A stretch of DNA of 64,000 nucleotides from Candidatus Micrarchaeota archaeon (GCA_964647855.1 CAZYJW010000002.1:244399-308398); one strand, 5' to 3'; numbered from the stretch's first letter, positions 17,457 through 26,381 are shown. The notes: generated from the sequence alone by a model not told the origin. Translations and numbers: made by a program.

Positions 17457-18668
17457 ATGGTTGGCATGGGAGAGGAAAGCGTTCGCAGGGTGTATGACGA
17501 GAATCCGTTTCCGCGGCGGGACCCTTCCGACGAGGCGAAAAGGCTCGTTAAGACGGACTACGGCAATCTCAGGATAGTGAACAGCATTTTCTGGGGGGGG
17601 AACCGGGCGCTCGAAGGGCTGCGCGTCCTCGACGCCGGATGCGGCACCGGCGACGCCGTCATATTCATGGCCGAACAGCTCAGGGGGACCGGCTCGGAAA
17701 TCATCGCATTCGACATCTCCCAGCGCAGCCTGGACATCGTCCGGGAAAGGGCGGATTCGCGAAAGCTAGGCGATATCCGGTACGTTTGCGGTTCCCTGAG
17801 CGGCATCGCCTCGATGAACCTCGGGGAATTCGACTATATCGTATGCACTTCGGTCCTTCCGCACCTGGAAGACCCCGAAGGGGGGCTTAAGGCCCTTGCG
17901 GGGATGCTTAAGCCGGACGGTGGGATGCTCATCAAGGTTTATGGCAGATACGGAAGGTTCGGCATCAACATCGTCCAGCAGATTGTCCGCATCATTAACG
18001 GAGGACAGGAAGATTTCCATAGGAAGCAGGAGCTTGCCCGGAGGATAGTGGAGTGCCTGCCCGCGGGGCATCCCTTCAGGGGCATGAAGGATTATGGCGA
18101 AGGCAAGTACGATTTCTCCATAGAGGGACATACAGCCAGGCAGTTCAGCGTCCCGGAACTGTATTCGTTCGCAAGGTCGGCGGGCCTGGAAATCGCGGCG
18201 TTCATGGACGGGCCGATATACGCGCCGGAAAGGTATTGCAGGGGGCGGCTCGGGGAACTGGATTCACTGTCCCCCGAGGACGGCCGGGCAGTCGCCGAGC
18301 TAATGAACGCCACGATGAACAGGCATGGGGTGTACCTATCAAGGAGGCCCCTTCCGCCCATGAGCCCCGTGGACGAGGATTCGGTGCCGCAGTTCAAGGA
18401 TTGCGAAGCGAAGCCGCCGCCGGCACCCGTGGGGGGCACGAAGGTTGTTTTCCAGGGAAGGAGATACAACAAGCCCGTCGAGATAGACGGGCCCAAGGCG
18501 GCGATATTCGGTCTGATAGACGGGAAACGGAGCCTGCGCGAAATCCTTGATGCCGCATCGGACACGGCCGGCAGGCCGCGCCAGGAGATGATGGCGGCAT
18601 GGCTTGAGATATACGCCGCAAGCGATGGCTCGCATTACATCCTGCTCAACCGGCCCAGGAAGGCATGA
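17457..18668 (+). CDS. Class I SAM-dependent methyltransferase with an extra C-terminal domain
   Basis: Motif I LRVLDAGCGTGDAVIFMAEQL and downstream Rossmann-fold motifs. A C-terminal extension of roughly 100 aa reads ...AAIFGLIDGKRSLREILDAA.... The second ATG at 17466 has the leaderless spacing of 24 nt from the TATA-like AATATAAG at 17435-17442. Confidence 0.75.
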   Translation: MVGMGEESVRRVYDENPFPRRDPSDEAKRLVKTDYGNLRIVNSIFWGGNRALEGLRVLDAGCGTGDAVIFMAEQLRGTGSEIIAFDISQRSLDIVRERADSRKLGDIRYVCGSLSGIASMNLGEFDYIVCTSVLPHLEDPEGGLKALAGMLKPDGGMLIKVYGRYGRFGINIVQQIVRIINGGQEDFHRKQELARRIVECLPAGHPFRGMKDYGEGKYDFSIEGHTARQFSVPELYSFARSAGLEIAAFMDGPIYAPERYCRGRLGELDSLSPEDGRAVAELMNATMNRHGVYLSRRPLPPMSPVDEDSVPQFKDCEAKPPPAPVGGTKVVFQGRRYNKPVEIDGPKAAIFGLIDGKRSLREILDAASDTAGRPRQEMMAAWLEIYAASDGSHYILLNRPRKA

Positions 18669-18781
18669 ATGGGGCCGGGGCTTTTTCTCATGAACAAGAA
18701 GGGCAATCCACGCCCTTGCAGCCGCCTGCAGAGCGCTGGCTCTGGGCTTTTGTGCCGGCAATGGGATTGGATTAGGGGATT

Positions 18782-18818
18782 GAAAAAAAGGAAAATGAAA
18801 AGAAAAAATTAAAGAAAG
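18782..18818 (-). terminator. Oligo-T terminator region downstream of the S-layer gene
   Basis: Just 3' of the stop at 18824-18826, the minus strand reads AAAGACTTTCTTTAATTTTTTCTTTTCATTTTCCTTTTTTTC. Multiple T-tracts are typical of archaeal termination. Confidence 0.5.
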
Positions 18819-18823
18819 TCTTT

Positions 18824-21800
18824 TCAGACCTTCTTGACCTGGGCGACGAAGTCCTTGGCCGCGTCGAGCGTGTCGGCCGCTTCCTTGCCGGCCACCACGA
18901 TCTTCGAGCCCTGGACGACCTCCCTGACCACCTTGGTCTCTGCAGTCCAGTCGACTGCGGAGCCCTGGAGCAGGTCGGCCGTCACGGTGTTGACCGCGTC
19001 ACCACCGACGGACACGAGCGTGTTCACGCCGACGGCGTCCGAGTCGAGAACGACCAGGTTGCCGTAGGTGCCCGTGTAGGGCATCGCGACCGTCACCGAC
19101 GGAGCGTTGTTCGGCATTATGACAGCCGATACGCCGCTCATGTCAGCCGTGCACGAGACCGAGCCGCCGGCAGCGCTGCACGCGCCGACATCCTCGGTTA
19201 TCTCGAGCACCTTCACGGTCACGCCGCTCACGGTCGTGGACTCGCCCTCGCCGAGGGTCACGATGGTCTTGCTCGCGTCGGCAGCCGATGTGGATGCCGG
19301 AGCAAGGAGCCACTGCGCCCTGCCGAGCTTGTGGGCCATGTCGAACTCCACGGTGTCGTCGTCGAGGCTCTTGAACTTCGAGCCGCGCTCGGAGATGTAG
19401 CCCTCTTCGACCATTTCTACTCCGCGGTTGACGGGTCCCGACAGGTCGACGCCGGTGCTCGTGAAGTCGTAGAACTCGTCGACACCAGGGCTGGTGTCGT
19501 CCGCGCCCTGCGGCACCGCGTGCCCGTAGAGGACCTCCTCGTCAGCCGAGGTAAGCGGCTGGTCGGTCGAACCGAAGTCCGAGTCGAAGTCGAAGGTCGC
19601 ATCACCTGCGTTCGTCGCGTCGAGGTCGTTCGCACCGAAGACCCAGTAGTTCACGTACTCGCTCGATGAGCCCTCGCCGGCCTTCTCCGCAATCGCGAAG
19701 AAGAAGTCGCCGTCGGAAAGCGCGCCCGCGCCGCCGTATGCGGCCTCGAGCATGTTCCCGATGCGGTCCTCGTTGACATCACCCGCGGTACCGGAAGCCA
19801 CGTCCACACCGCTCTCGATGAGGATTGCTCCACCCTCGGGTGACTCGAAGCCGGTGTCGCCGTCTCCCACGTCATCGTAGGAGATCTCGATGCCAGCCGG
19901 GTTGTCGCCGTTCGAGTATGTCCGAACGCCGTATTTGCCCGAGGTCGCCGAGACGGTCATGAAGACCGAGCCCGAGGCGTACGGAACATCCGCCATGGCG
20001 TCTCCGACAATGCCGTTGTCGTCATCGTCGCAGATGGCGCCAAAGAAGGTGGTGCCTATGTTGTTGTCATAGGTCTGCGGTGCCGCATCGTTGTCGTCAA
20101 CCACGTCGTCGCGGTCGGCGATGTTCAGGGCAACGAAGAACTCGTCTCCAGAGAGCTCCGCGGAGCCATCGTCGGTGACAGAGAACACCGAGCCGGATGC
20201 GCCGGAGGTGACCTCGAGGTACGGTGCGAAGATGAAGCACGCGTCCCTGTCGCCGTCGGTGTCGACATCAGGCCCGTCGTCCTCGTTGATCTTCTTCGTG
20301 GACGAGGTCTTGAGCTCGAACTTCAGGCTCTCCATGTCGTCGGATGTGAGGCTGAGGCCCTTGTAGCTGAGCTTCCAGACCTCCGGGTCCTGGACCAGTG
20401 ACAGGTAGTCGCCCTCTTCGAGCTCCTCCTCGCCGCTGCTCGAGACTTCCTCGACATCCTCTGAGTAAACGACTATCGTCCTCAACGTGTCGGGGTCGTC
20501 CGCGGGCGCAGCGTCTGCGTCCAGGTTCTTCCATCCGAGCGCCACCTTGTAGCCCTCGTTGTTGCCCTCCTCCTCGTTCAGCTCCTCGCCGTCGATGAGC
20601 TCGAGCTCCTTCGCGAAGATGGCCACGTCAGCCCACTTGGCTCCGAAGGTGTAACCAGGCGCAACCTTGTACACGTGGAACCTGTAGGTCTTGCCGCCTA
20701 CGGCCATCTCCTTGGTCTGTCCCGGGCCGACCTTGTCCTTCTTCAGGATGTTGCCGTTGGCGTCGAGCACCGAGATAATCGCGCTCGTCGTGTCGCCGTG
20801 GGCTTCAAGGTCGTCCAGCTGGAACTTCAGGCCGTCGACCGGGAGTGATTCGCCCTGGTTCAGGATGCCCGAAACGGCCTCCTTCGCCAGCTTCACCATG
20901 CCGCAGTTCTCGACCTCGCTCTCGGTGTCGAGGCTGTAGGCCTCGCAGTCGGAAGCGTCCATCTCGCTGACAATCCACTCCTCGCCGAGGAACCAGAGCT
21001 TTAGCCTGTGGGTCTCGGTCGCGTCGTCGATGGTTGTCTCGCCGACGTCATCCTTGCACTCCGCGTAGTCCTGGTCCTCGGAGCGGGTACAGACGGGGAT
21101 ACCCATCTCCTGCCCGCCGGGGCCGTCGAACTTCAGGGAGTAGGCGAGGAAGTCCACCTTGCCGACCACGTCGTTCGGGTCGTCGCTGAAGTGGTTGTCG
21201 CCGTGGATCCATAGGGCCTGCATCTCGACATAGGTGTTGCCCGAATCATCGTCGGTCAACGTCTTGTCCTGGAAGGTCGAGAGCTCCGTCCCGTCAATCC
21301 TGAACAGGAACGTCTGGGACGCGCCGATGTTTCCGCCAAGGCCGGTGCCGTCGGTGAAGGGGTTCGCGTTCTCAGAGGTGTCCGACGTCGTCATCGGGTA
21401 CTCAGAGTTCGTGTTGCCCACATCGTCGCGCTCGCGGTCGAGCAATTCCCTGTTCAGGTAGTCTCCGATCAGGTTCTCGCCCTGCCAGGTGCCTGCGGCA
21501 ATCGAGCCGGGCACGGTTATTTCGAGCTTCGCCTTCTCGTTCGTTATGCTGCATGTTCCTGCAGCTCCGCCGGAGTCGCCCGTGCAGGCAGCGGTGCCCG
21601 AGACCTGAGCCGTAAGCGTCTGGCTCTTGTACATCTCGCTCACCATCTTCCCCGCAATCAAGGCGCCCGCGACACCGTCGCTCGGCTGACTCTTGCCTCC
21701 TATGACGACCTTCGCCACGGGGGCGCCGTTGTCGTCGACCAGCGTCGTCGAGCCGAACATAAGGCCCGCGAACGCCGCAGAGCTGGCAAGAATCGTCGCA

Positions 21801-21841
21801 CCCGCGACAATCGCGCCAATCTTCTTCAGGTTCACTTTCAT
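18824..21841 (-). CDS. S-layer (surface layer) protein
   Basis: 1005 aa. Signal peptide MKVNLKKIGAIVAGATILASSAAFAG. The N-terminal block LVDDNGAPVAKVVIGGKSQPSDGVAGALIAGKM and the C-terminal block KIVVAGKEAADTLDAAKDFVAQV resemble the archaeal S_layer_N and S_layer_C domains. The body is very acidic and Thr/Asp/Gly-rich. It has a long AT-rich upstream region and a strong T-tract terminator. Confidence 0.75.
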   Translation of the reverse strand: MKVNLKKIGAIVAGATILASSAAFAGLMFGSTTLVDDNGAPVAKVVIGGKSQPSDGVAGALIAGKMVSEMYKSQTLTAQVSGTAACTGDSGGAAGTCSITNEKAKLEITVPGSIAAGTWQGENLIGDYLNRELLDRERDDVGNTNSEYPMTTSDTSENANPFTDGTGLGGNIGASQTFLFRIDGTELSTFQDKTLTDDDSGNTYVEMQALWIHGDNHFSDDPNDVVGKVDFLAYSLKFDGPGGQEMGIPVCTRSEDQDYAECKDDVGETTIDDATETHRLKLWFLGEEWIVSEMDASDCEAYSLDTESEVENCGMVKLAKEAVSGILNQGESLPVDGLKFQLDDLEAHGDTTSAIISVLDANGNILKKDKVGPGQTKEMAVGGKTYRFHVYKVAPGYTFGAKWADVAIFAKELELIDGEELNEEEGNNEGYKVALGWKNLDADAAPADDPDTLRTIVVYSEDVEEVSSSGEEELEEGDYLSLVQDPEVWKLSYKGLSLTSDDMESLKFELKTSSTKKINEDDGPDVDTDGDRDACFIFAPYLEVTSGASGSVFSVTDDGSAELSGDEFFVALNIADRDDVVDDNDAAPQTYDNNIGTTFFGAICDDDDNGIVGDAMADVPYASGSVFMTVSATSGKYGVRTYSNGDNPAGIEISYDDVGDGDTGFESPEGGAILIESGVDVASGTAGDVNEDRIGNMLEAAYGGAGALSDGDFFFAIAEKAGEGSSSEYVNYWVFGANDLDATNAGDATFDFDSDFGSTDQPLTSADEEVLYGHAVPQGADDTSPGVDEFYDFTSTGVDLSGPVNRGVEMVEEGYISERGSKFKSLDDDTVEFDMAHKLGRAQWLLAPASTSAADASKTIVTLGEGESTTVSGVTVKVLEITEDVGACSAAGGSVSCTADMSGVSAVIMPNNAPSVTVAMPYTGTYGNLVVLDSDAVGVNTLVSVGGDAVNTVTADLLQGSAVDWTAETKVVREVVQGSKIVVAGKEAADTLDAAKDFVAQVKKV

Positions 21842-22140
21842 TCTTTCACCTCTAGTTTTTTACACCGCCTTCTTCTCTCGACCGGGCCGTCTAAAACAAT
21901 TAACGGCGGTGCGGTTCTTCTCTACGGCCCAAAACGCCGGAGATAGTTTCCCCGGCTCCGATAGGGAATCCCCTATCGAGATTCTGAGAGCATGACTTAC
22001 AGAATATTTATAAAGATTTACCCTTGACATAAAGTCCAGTTTATAAATTCAAGTTTTAATTATGGCAATAAACGTAGTATCAGTTCGTTTCTAATCGAAT
22101 AAGTTGCCTCCTTCGCCGGAACGCATTTGCCCGCTCCTTA

Positions 22141-23004
22141 TTATATATCTATCGATTGGCCGTCTTCCGCGATTTCGGTGTTCGGGAAGACCGCACGCGC
22201 CTCCTCGAGGAGGGCCGAGGTGTCCGAATAGCGCGGGCTGATGTGTGTCAGGGCGAGGCGGTTTACGCCCGCCCGCCTTGCTATTTCCGCCGCGCCCTCG
22301 GCCGTGCTGTGCTGCCTTTCGGCGGCCTCCTCGGATTTGGACTTGTCGAAGGTGGCTTCGTGGATGAGTAGGTCGGCGCCCCTGGCGGCCTCGACGGTCC
22401 GCTCGTCCGGGGAGCAGTCCCCGGCGTATGCGATCTTCCTCCCGGGGCGCTTCCACGTGACGTCCTCGAGAAGGACCTCCTTCCCGTCGGGCGTCTTCAC
22501 CTTCCCATTCTGCTGGATTTCACGGAACATCCTCCCCGAGAGGCCGAGGCCGTGCGCCTTCTCCTCGTGGAACTTGACCTTGTCCTCCTCTCGGAACACG
22601 AACCCGTAGGAGCCGCGGCAGTGCCTCACTCCGAAAGCCTCGATTGAGAAGCCGCGCCCGCGCAGGATTTCGCCGCTCTTAATCTTCTCGACCGAGGCGA
22701 ACGGGTAGTCGCCGACCTCCATCCCGCCCGGGATGAATATCCGTATCTTCCGCGGGGCCGGCGAGGAGAGTTTGAGCGTCTCGAGAAGGCCGAAGAGGCC
22801 GAGGTAGTGGTCGAGGTGCGGGTGCGTGATGAAGACCGAGCCGATGCTGCCGTAGCCGACCTTGTAGCGCATCAGCTGGCGCTGCGTCCCCTCGCCGCAG
22901 TCCCAGAGCATGAGCTCGCCCTCGTGCTTGAGCGCTATTGCGGGCATGCCGCGCGCGACCGTGGGCGCGCTTCCGGACGTGCCGAGGAATGTGACCCTGA
23001 GCAT
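22141..23004 (-). CDS. rnz: Ribonuclease Z (tRNA 3' endonuclease, metallo-beta-lactamase fold)
   Basis: MLRVTFLGTSGSAPT..RGMPAIAL..GELMLWDCGEGTQRQL...ITHPHLDHYLGL (HxHxDH motif) ...ALTHISPRY. The 287-aa size is typical of short-form RNase Z. Confidence 0.9.
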   Translation of the reverse strand: MLRVTFLGTSGSAPTVARGMPAIALKHEGELMLWDCGEGTQRQLMRYKVGYGSIGSVFITHPHLDHYLGLFGLLETLKLSSPAPRKIRIFIPGGMEVGDYPFASVEKIKSGEILRGRGFSIEAFGVRHCRGSYGFVFREEDKVKFHEEKAHGLGLSGRMFREIQQNGKVKTPDGKEVLLEDVTWKRPGRKIAYAGDCSPDERTVEAARGADLLIHEATFDKSKSEEAAERQHSTAEGAAEIARRAGVNRLALTHISPRYSDTSALLEEARAVFPNTEIAEDGQSIDI

Positions 23005-23062
23005 GAGTGGGATAATGCGCAGATGGGTTTATTGCACTTCCCCCGCGGCGCGGGGGGTCAGG

Positions 23063-23070
23063 TTTATAAT
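23063..23070 (+). promoter_or_regulatory. Candidate TATA box (TTTATAAT), leaderless spacing to ATG 23093
   Basis: 23 nt separate the box end from the ATG of the NTPase gene. Confidence 0.45.
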
Positions 23071-23092
23071 GATTGTTTCTCCGGACCTATGC

Positions 23093-23857
23093 ATGCCACA
23101 GAATTATTTCATAACAGGACTGCCCAAGGCGGGCAAGACGGTGCTTCTGCGAAGGCTCATCAAGTCGGTCAAGGCAAGGGGGCTCCGCGTCGGCGGGCTG
23201 ATTTCGCCCGAGGAAAGGCACCACGGGACCAGGACGGGCTTCTATGTCAAGGACGTCTCGAGCGGGAGGATAGGGAGGCTCGCGGACGTCGATGCCGACG
23301 GCCCCAAGGTGAGCAAGTACCACGTGGACTTGAGGTCCTTCGAGAGCATCGCTCTGCCCGCGATGAAGGCGTGCAGGGAATGCGACGTCGTGTTCATAGA
23401 CGAGATAGGGCCGATGGAGCTCAAAAGCCTGAAGTTCTCCGACCTGCTCGATTCCATCCTAGAGTCCGGCACTCCGGTGATTGCGTCCCTGCACACGGAC
23501 CTCGCCCCGAAATACGGATTCTACGGCGAAGTGCTCCTGCTCGCGGAGAACAACCGCGAGGCTGTCTACACCGAGCTCATGAGGAAGCTCAATGCCCTCG
23601 GGAAAAGGCCGGCCATGAAAAAGGCGCAGGCGAAGAAGCCCGCGGCGGCGAAGGCGAAGGTGCCGAGGGTGAAGGCTCAGGCCCGGAAGAAGGCGGCTGC
23701 GCCCGCGGCGAAAGCGAAGCCGCTGAAGAAGGGCGGCAAGAAGGCGGAAAAGGCGCCGGGGAAGAAGGCGCCCGCCCAGCCCAAGGCCCCGAAGGAGGAG
23801 CCTCCGAAGAAGAGGGGCGGGCTGCTCCATAAGCTAAGGAGCTTGCTTCACGGATGA
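23093..23857 (+). CDS. THEP1-like nucleoside-triphosphatase (P-loop) with Lys/Ala/Pro-rich basic C-terminal tail
   Basis: MPQNYFITGLPKAGKTVLL (Walker A) ...VVFIDEIGPMEL (Walker B) matches the MJ1559/THEP1 NTPase pattern. The last ~75 aa are KKAQAKKPAAAKAKVPRVKAQARKKAAAPAAKAKPLKKGGKK.... Start chosen at ATG 23093 because the track ORF start at 22910 overlaps rnz. Confidence 0.7.
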   Translation: MPQNYFITGLPKAGKTVLLRRLIKSVKARGLRVGGLISPEERHHGTRTGFYVKDVSSGRIGRLADVDADGPKVSKYHVDLRSFESIALPAMKACRECDVVFIDEIGPMELKSLKFSDLLDSILESGTPVIASLHTDLAPKYGFYGEVLLLAENNREAVYTELMRKLNALGKRPAMKKAQAKKPAAAKAKVPRVKAQARKKAAAPAAKAKPLKKGGKKAEKAPGKKAPAQPKAPKEEPPKKRGGLLHKLRSLLHG

Positions 23858-24433
23858 GCGCCGGCCGCGCGGGTTGCGCTTCCCCCATTCGACTATGAGC
23901 GCGTGGTACTCCTTGTAGAGCGCCGCGTCGCGGGGAAGCGAGGACTCGAAGAACATCCGGTACTCGTCGTATTCCTTCCCCTCGAACAGGCGCTGATGCG
24001 AGCAGAAGCGCCGCGTGTAGGAGTCTATCACGAAGAACGGCAGGCCGAAGGCATAGAGCAGTATTGAGTCCGCGGTCTCCTTTCCGACGCCCTTGACCGA
24101 AAGGAGTTCCTCCCTCGAAGGCGGGCCTCCGCGGCTGCGGATCTCCAGGTATTTCCCGCTGAGCGCCTTCAGGCGGGCCGCCTTCTGGCGGTAGAAGCCG
24201 CTCGGGCGGATTAGGGTTTCGAGTTCTGGGTTTTGGGTTCCGAGGATTGCCCGCGGGGACAGTTTCCCCGCGGCCCTGAGGTTCGCTATCGCCGCCTCGG
24301 CGTTCCTCCAGTTCGTGTTCTGGGTCAGCAGGGCGCCGGCGACGACCTCGAACTGCGACTCGGCAGGCCACCAGCCCTGCGGGCCGTATTCCTCGAGAAG
24401 CAGGAGGTAGAGCGCGTGCGCCTTGCTGGCCAT
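23834..24433 (-). CDS. Endonuclease III-related HhH-GPD DNA glycosylase family protein
   Basis: GPQGWWPAES.FEVVAGALLTQNTNWRNAE.AI..L..., the HhH motif LLSVKGVGKETADSILLYA, and a catalytic Asp context FFVIDSYTRR. Start chosen at ATG 24433 (MASKAHALY). Confidence 0.75.
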   Translation of the reverse strand: MASKAHALYLLLLEEYGPQGWWPAESQFEVVAGALLTQNTNWRNAEAAIANLRAAGKLSPRAILGTQNPELETLIRPSGFYRQKAARLKALSGKYLEIRSRGGPPSREELLSVKGVGKETADSILLYAFGLPFFVIDSYTRRFCSHQRLFEGKEYDEYRMFFESSLPRDAALYKEYHALIVEWGKRNPRGRRSSVKQAP

Positions 24434-24461
24434 AAGGATTGTCGATTGCGGGCAGCGGCTT

Positions 24462-25733
24462 TTAATGGAGGGCTTCGGGCGTGAGGTCCTTCCTTGCGAG
24501 GACGTATTCTGTTCTGAGGCGTTCAAGCACGGCCTCGAAGCCGTCTGAAGGGAGCCCCGCCGCGGAGACGAAGTCGCGCAGCTCGTGGAGGTGCTCGCGC
24601 GAATCGGGCGAGAAAGGGAGCGGGATCAGGGGGAGCGGGCTTCTCGCAGAAAGTGCGCCCACATCCGCGCCTTCGATGCCGAGGATGCCCTTCGCCGAAT
24701 CCAGGACCGGGCGGATTTCGCGCCCGTCCGATACCGGGTCGAGCTCGCGCTTCATGCGGCGGATGAGGATGATGCGGCCTCCGGCCGTCCCGGGCAGGGC
24801 TGAGAAACCGAAGCCGCGGCCCAGCAGGATGATTAGCGCGGCCATGTCGACGCTCATCGGGCGGGCCGCGAACGAGAACAGGACGAACCCGGGCTCGTGC
24901 CCGCTGAGTGCAGCCGAATAGAGCAGGATGTGGGTCTCGCGCCTGTGACTTCCCGATGCGCACGAGCGGTGGATGACCAGCGTGCCTCCGAGAAAGTGGC
25001 CGTCCATCGCGCCGATGATGCCGTTGTCCCGCCCCTTTGCGCAGACCATGAAATATCCGGGCGTGTCGGTGGGCGGCGGCTTGCCGCATTTTTCCAGGGC
25101 GAGCGTCGTGGCGATGAAGTCCTTTGAGCTCCTTGAGACCGAATAGAACCTGAGCCCGTCCTCGAAGATTACCCTTCGCAGGCGCAGGCGGTCCTCCCAT
25201 CCCGGAAGCATCTCCAGCGCGGGCTGGATTTCCACCGCGAGCGGGCCCTCGCGATGCTCGCTCGCGTCGATGTGGGGCGGGGAGGCCTTCGGCTCCGCAA
25301 CCGGCATCTGCCCGGCTGCGGGCGGCGGAAGGAGGGCAGGCGCGGGGGCGGATTTCGGAAGCTGCGGCGCGGCCGGAACGGCCGGCACGGCGGGCTGGGC
25401 AAAAACCCGCGGCGGCTGCTTCCGTGGAAGCGGCTTCTTTGCAGCGTGGCGGGGCGCCGCGCGCGGAGACTCCTTCGCATGCTTGCGCGCCGGCGGCTTC
25501 GCCGCGGATGCCTTGCGCCGGGCCGGCGCATGCCTTTTGGCCGGCCTGACGCGCGCCATCGCCCTTCGGGCGGCCTTCGTGCGGGGCTTTCCTGCGGATG
25601 CGCGGGCCTTCCTTTCGGGCTGCCGCCTAATCATGGGGCGTGCGGCTTTCTTCCGCGCAGCCTTGGGCCTGCGTGCAGGCCTGCCGCCGCGCTTCGCCTT
25701 CGCCAATGCCTTCCCCTTGCGGGATTTCGCCAT
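24462..25733 (-). CDS. Hypothetical protein with about 115-aa Arg/Lys/Ala/Pro-rich basic N-terminal region and an unknown globular C-terminal domain
   Basis: Start chosen at ATG 25733 (MAKSRKGKALAKAKRGGRPARRPKAARKKAARP...). The C-terminal ~250 aa are non-repetitive. The upstream part of the track ORF (to 25940) looks like shadow sequence. Confidence 0.55.
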   Translation of the reverse strand: MAKSRKGKALAKAKRGGRPARRPKAARKKAARPMIRRQPERKARASAGKPRTKAARRAMARVRPAKRHAPARRKASAAKPPARKHAKESPRAAPRHAAKKPLPRKQPPRVFAQPAVPAVPAAPQLPKSAPAPALLPPPAAGQMPVAEPKASPPHIDASEHREGPLAVEIQPALEMLPGWEDRLRLRRVIFEDGLRFYSVSRSSKDFIATTLALEKCGKPPPTDTPGYFMVCAKGRDNGIIGAMDGHFLGGTLVIHRSCASGSHRRETHILLYSAALSGHEPGFVLFSFAARPMSVDMAALIILLGRGFGFSALPGTAGGRIILIRRMKRELDPVSDGREIRPVLDSAKGILGIEGADVGALSARSPLPLIPLPFSPDSREHLHELRDFVSAAGLPSDGFEAVLERLRTEYVLARKDLTPEALH

Positions 25734-25767
25734 GATTCTGAAACACCGGCAAGGAATTAAAACCCCA

Positions 25768-26304
25768 CTAGCGGCGGCGGCTCTCCAGGATTTGCGCGGC
25801 GTGGAAGAGGAGGCGGTAATCGTCAGGCGGAGAGGGATCGAGGCGGTCCACGAGCCCGGAATCCGCCGCGTCCTGGATGCGCTCGGCGACGGAGAAGTCG
25901 AAGGCGCAGAGGATAACGGCGGAACCCGGATTCGCGGCACGGAAATCGGAGAGGGACTGGCGCAGCTCCTTGAGGTGCGACTCGAAAATGCGCGAGCTCC
26001 TGAGGACGAGCGCGTCCGCGCTGAAGCCGGGCGACGCGTAGAACTCCGAGTATTTCATCACCGAGCTTTCCGGGTGCGCTCCCGAGGATTCGAAGACGCT
26101 CATGCGCAGGATGAGGGACTCGGCGCGGAAATCGCGGTCGTCCACCACGAAGACCACCTTCCTGCCGCGCATGGAGCCGCCAAGGAGCGCGCGGCTTTCG
26201 ATGATGTCGGCGAATGGCTCCTTCGTGCGGGAGGCGGAGGGCCGCTGCCCTGCTGCCGGGCCTGCGGATGCCGGCTTTCCCGATTCGGCGTCGCTCCTCC
26301 TCAT
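25768..26304 (-). CDS. Hypothetical protein (possible CheY-like/flavodoxin-like fold)
   Basis: 178-aa ORF. KVVFVVDDRDFRAESLILRM resembles the first strand and helix of receiver-like domains. This is a weak call. Confidence 0.4.
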   Translation of the reverse strand: MRRSDAESGKPASAGPAAGQRPSASRTKEPFADIIESRALLGGSMRGRKVVFVVDDRDFRAESLILRMSVFESSGAHPESSVMKYSEFYASPGFSADALVLRSSRIFESHLKELRQSLSDFRAANPGSAVILCAFDFSVAERIQDAADSGLVDRLDPSPPDDYRLLFHAAQILESRRR

Positions 26305-26381
26305 GCAATCACTTTGTAGAAGTTGGTAAGAAATGTTTATAACGAATCCGTTTATAATGTGTTGCCGGCAAGGCGTTTTCC

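Noticed and set aside
24462-25940. The full 492-aa track ORF. The same applies to the full-length track ORFs 26333..27637, 37567..39537, 22910..23857, 10260..10976 and 28330..29889.
   Set aside because: In each case the N-terminal extension overlaps a better-supported neighbouring gene or a structured non-coding region and has shadow-like composition. An internal ATG gives a sensible N-terminus (signal peptide, conserved family start, or TATA/SD at the right distance).
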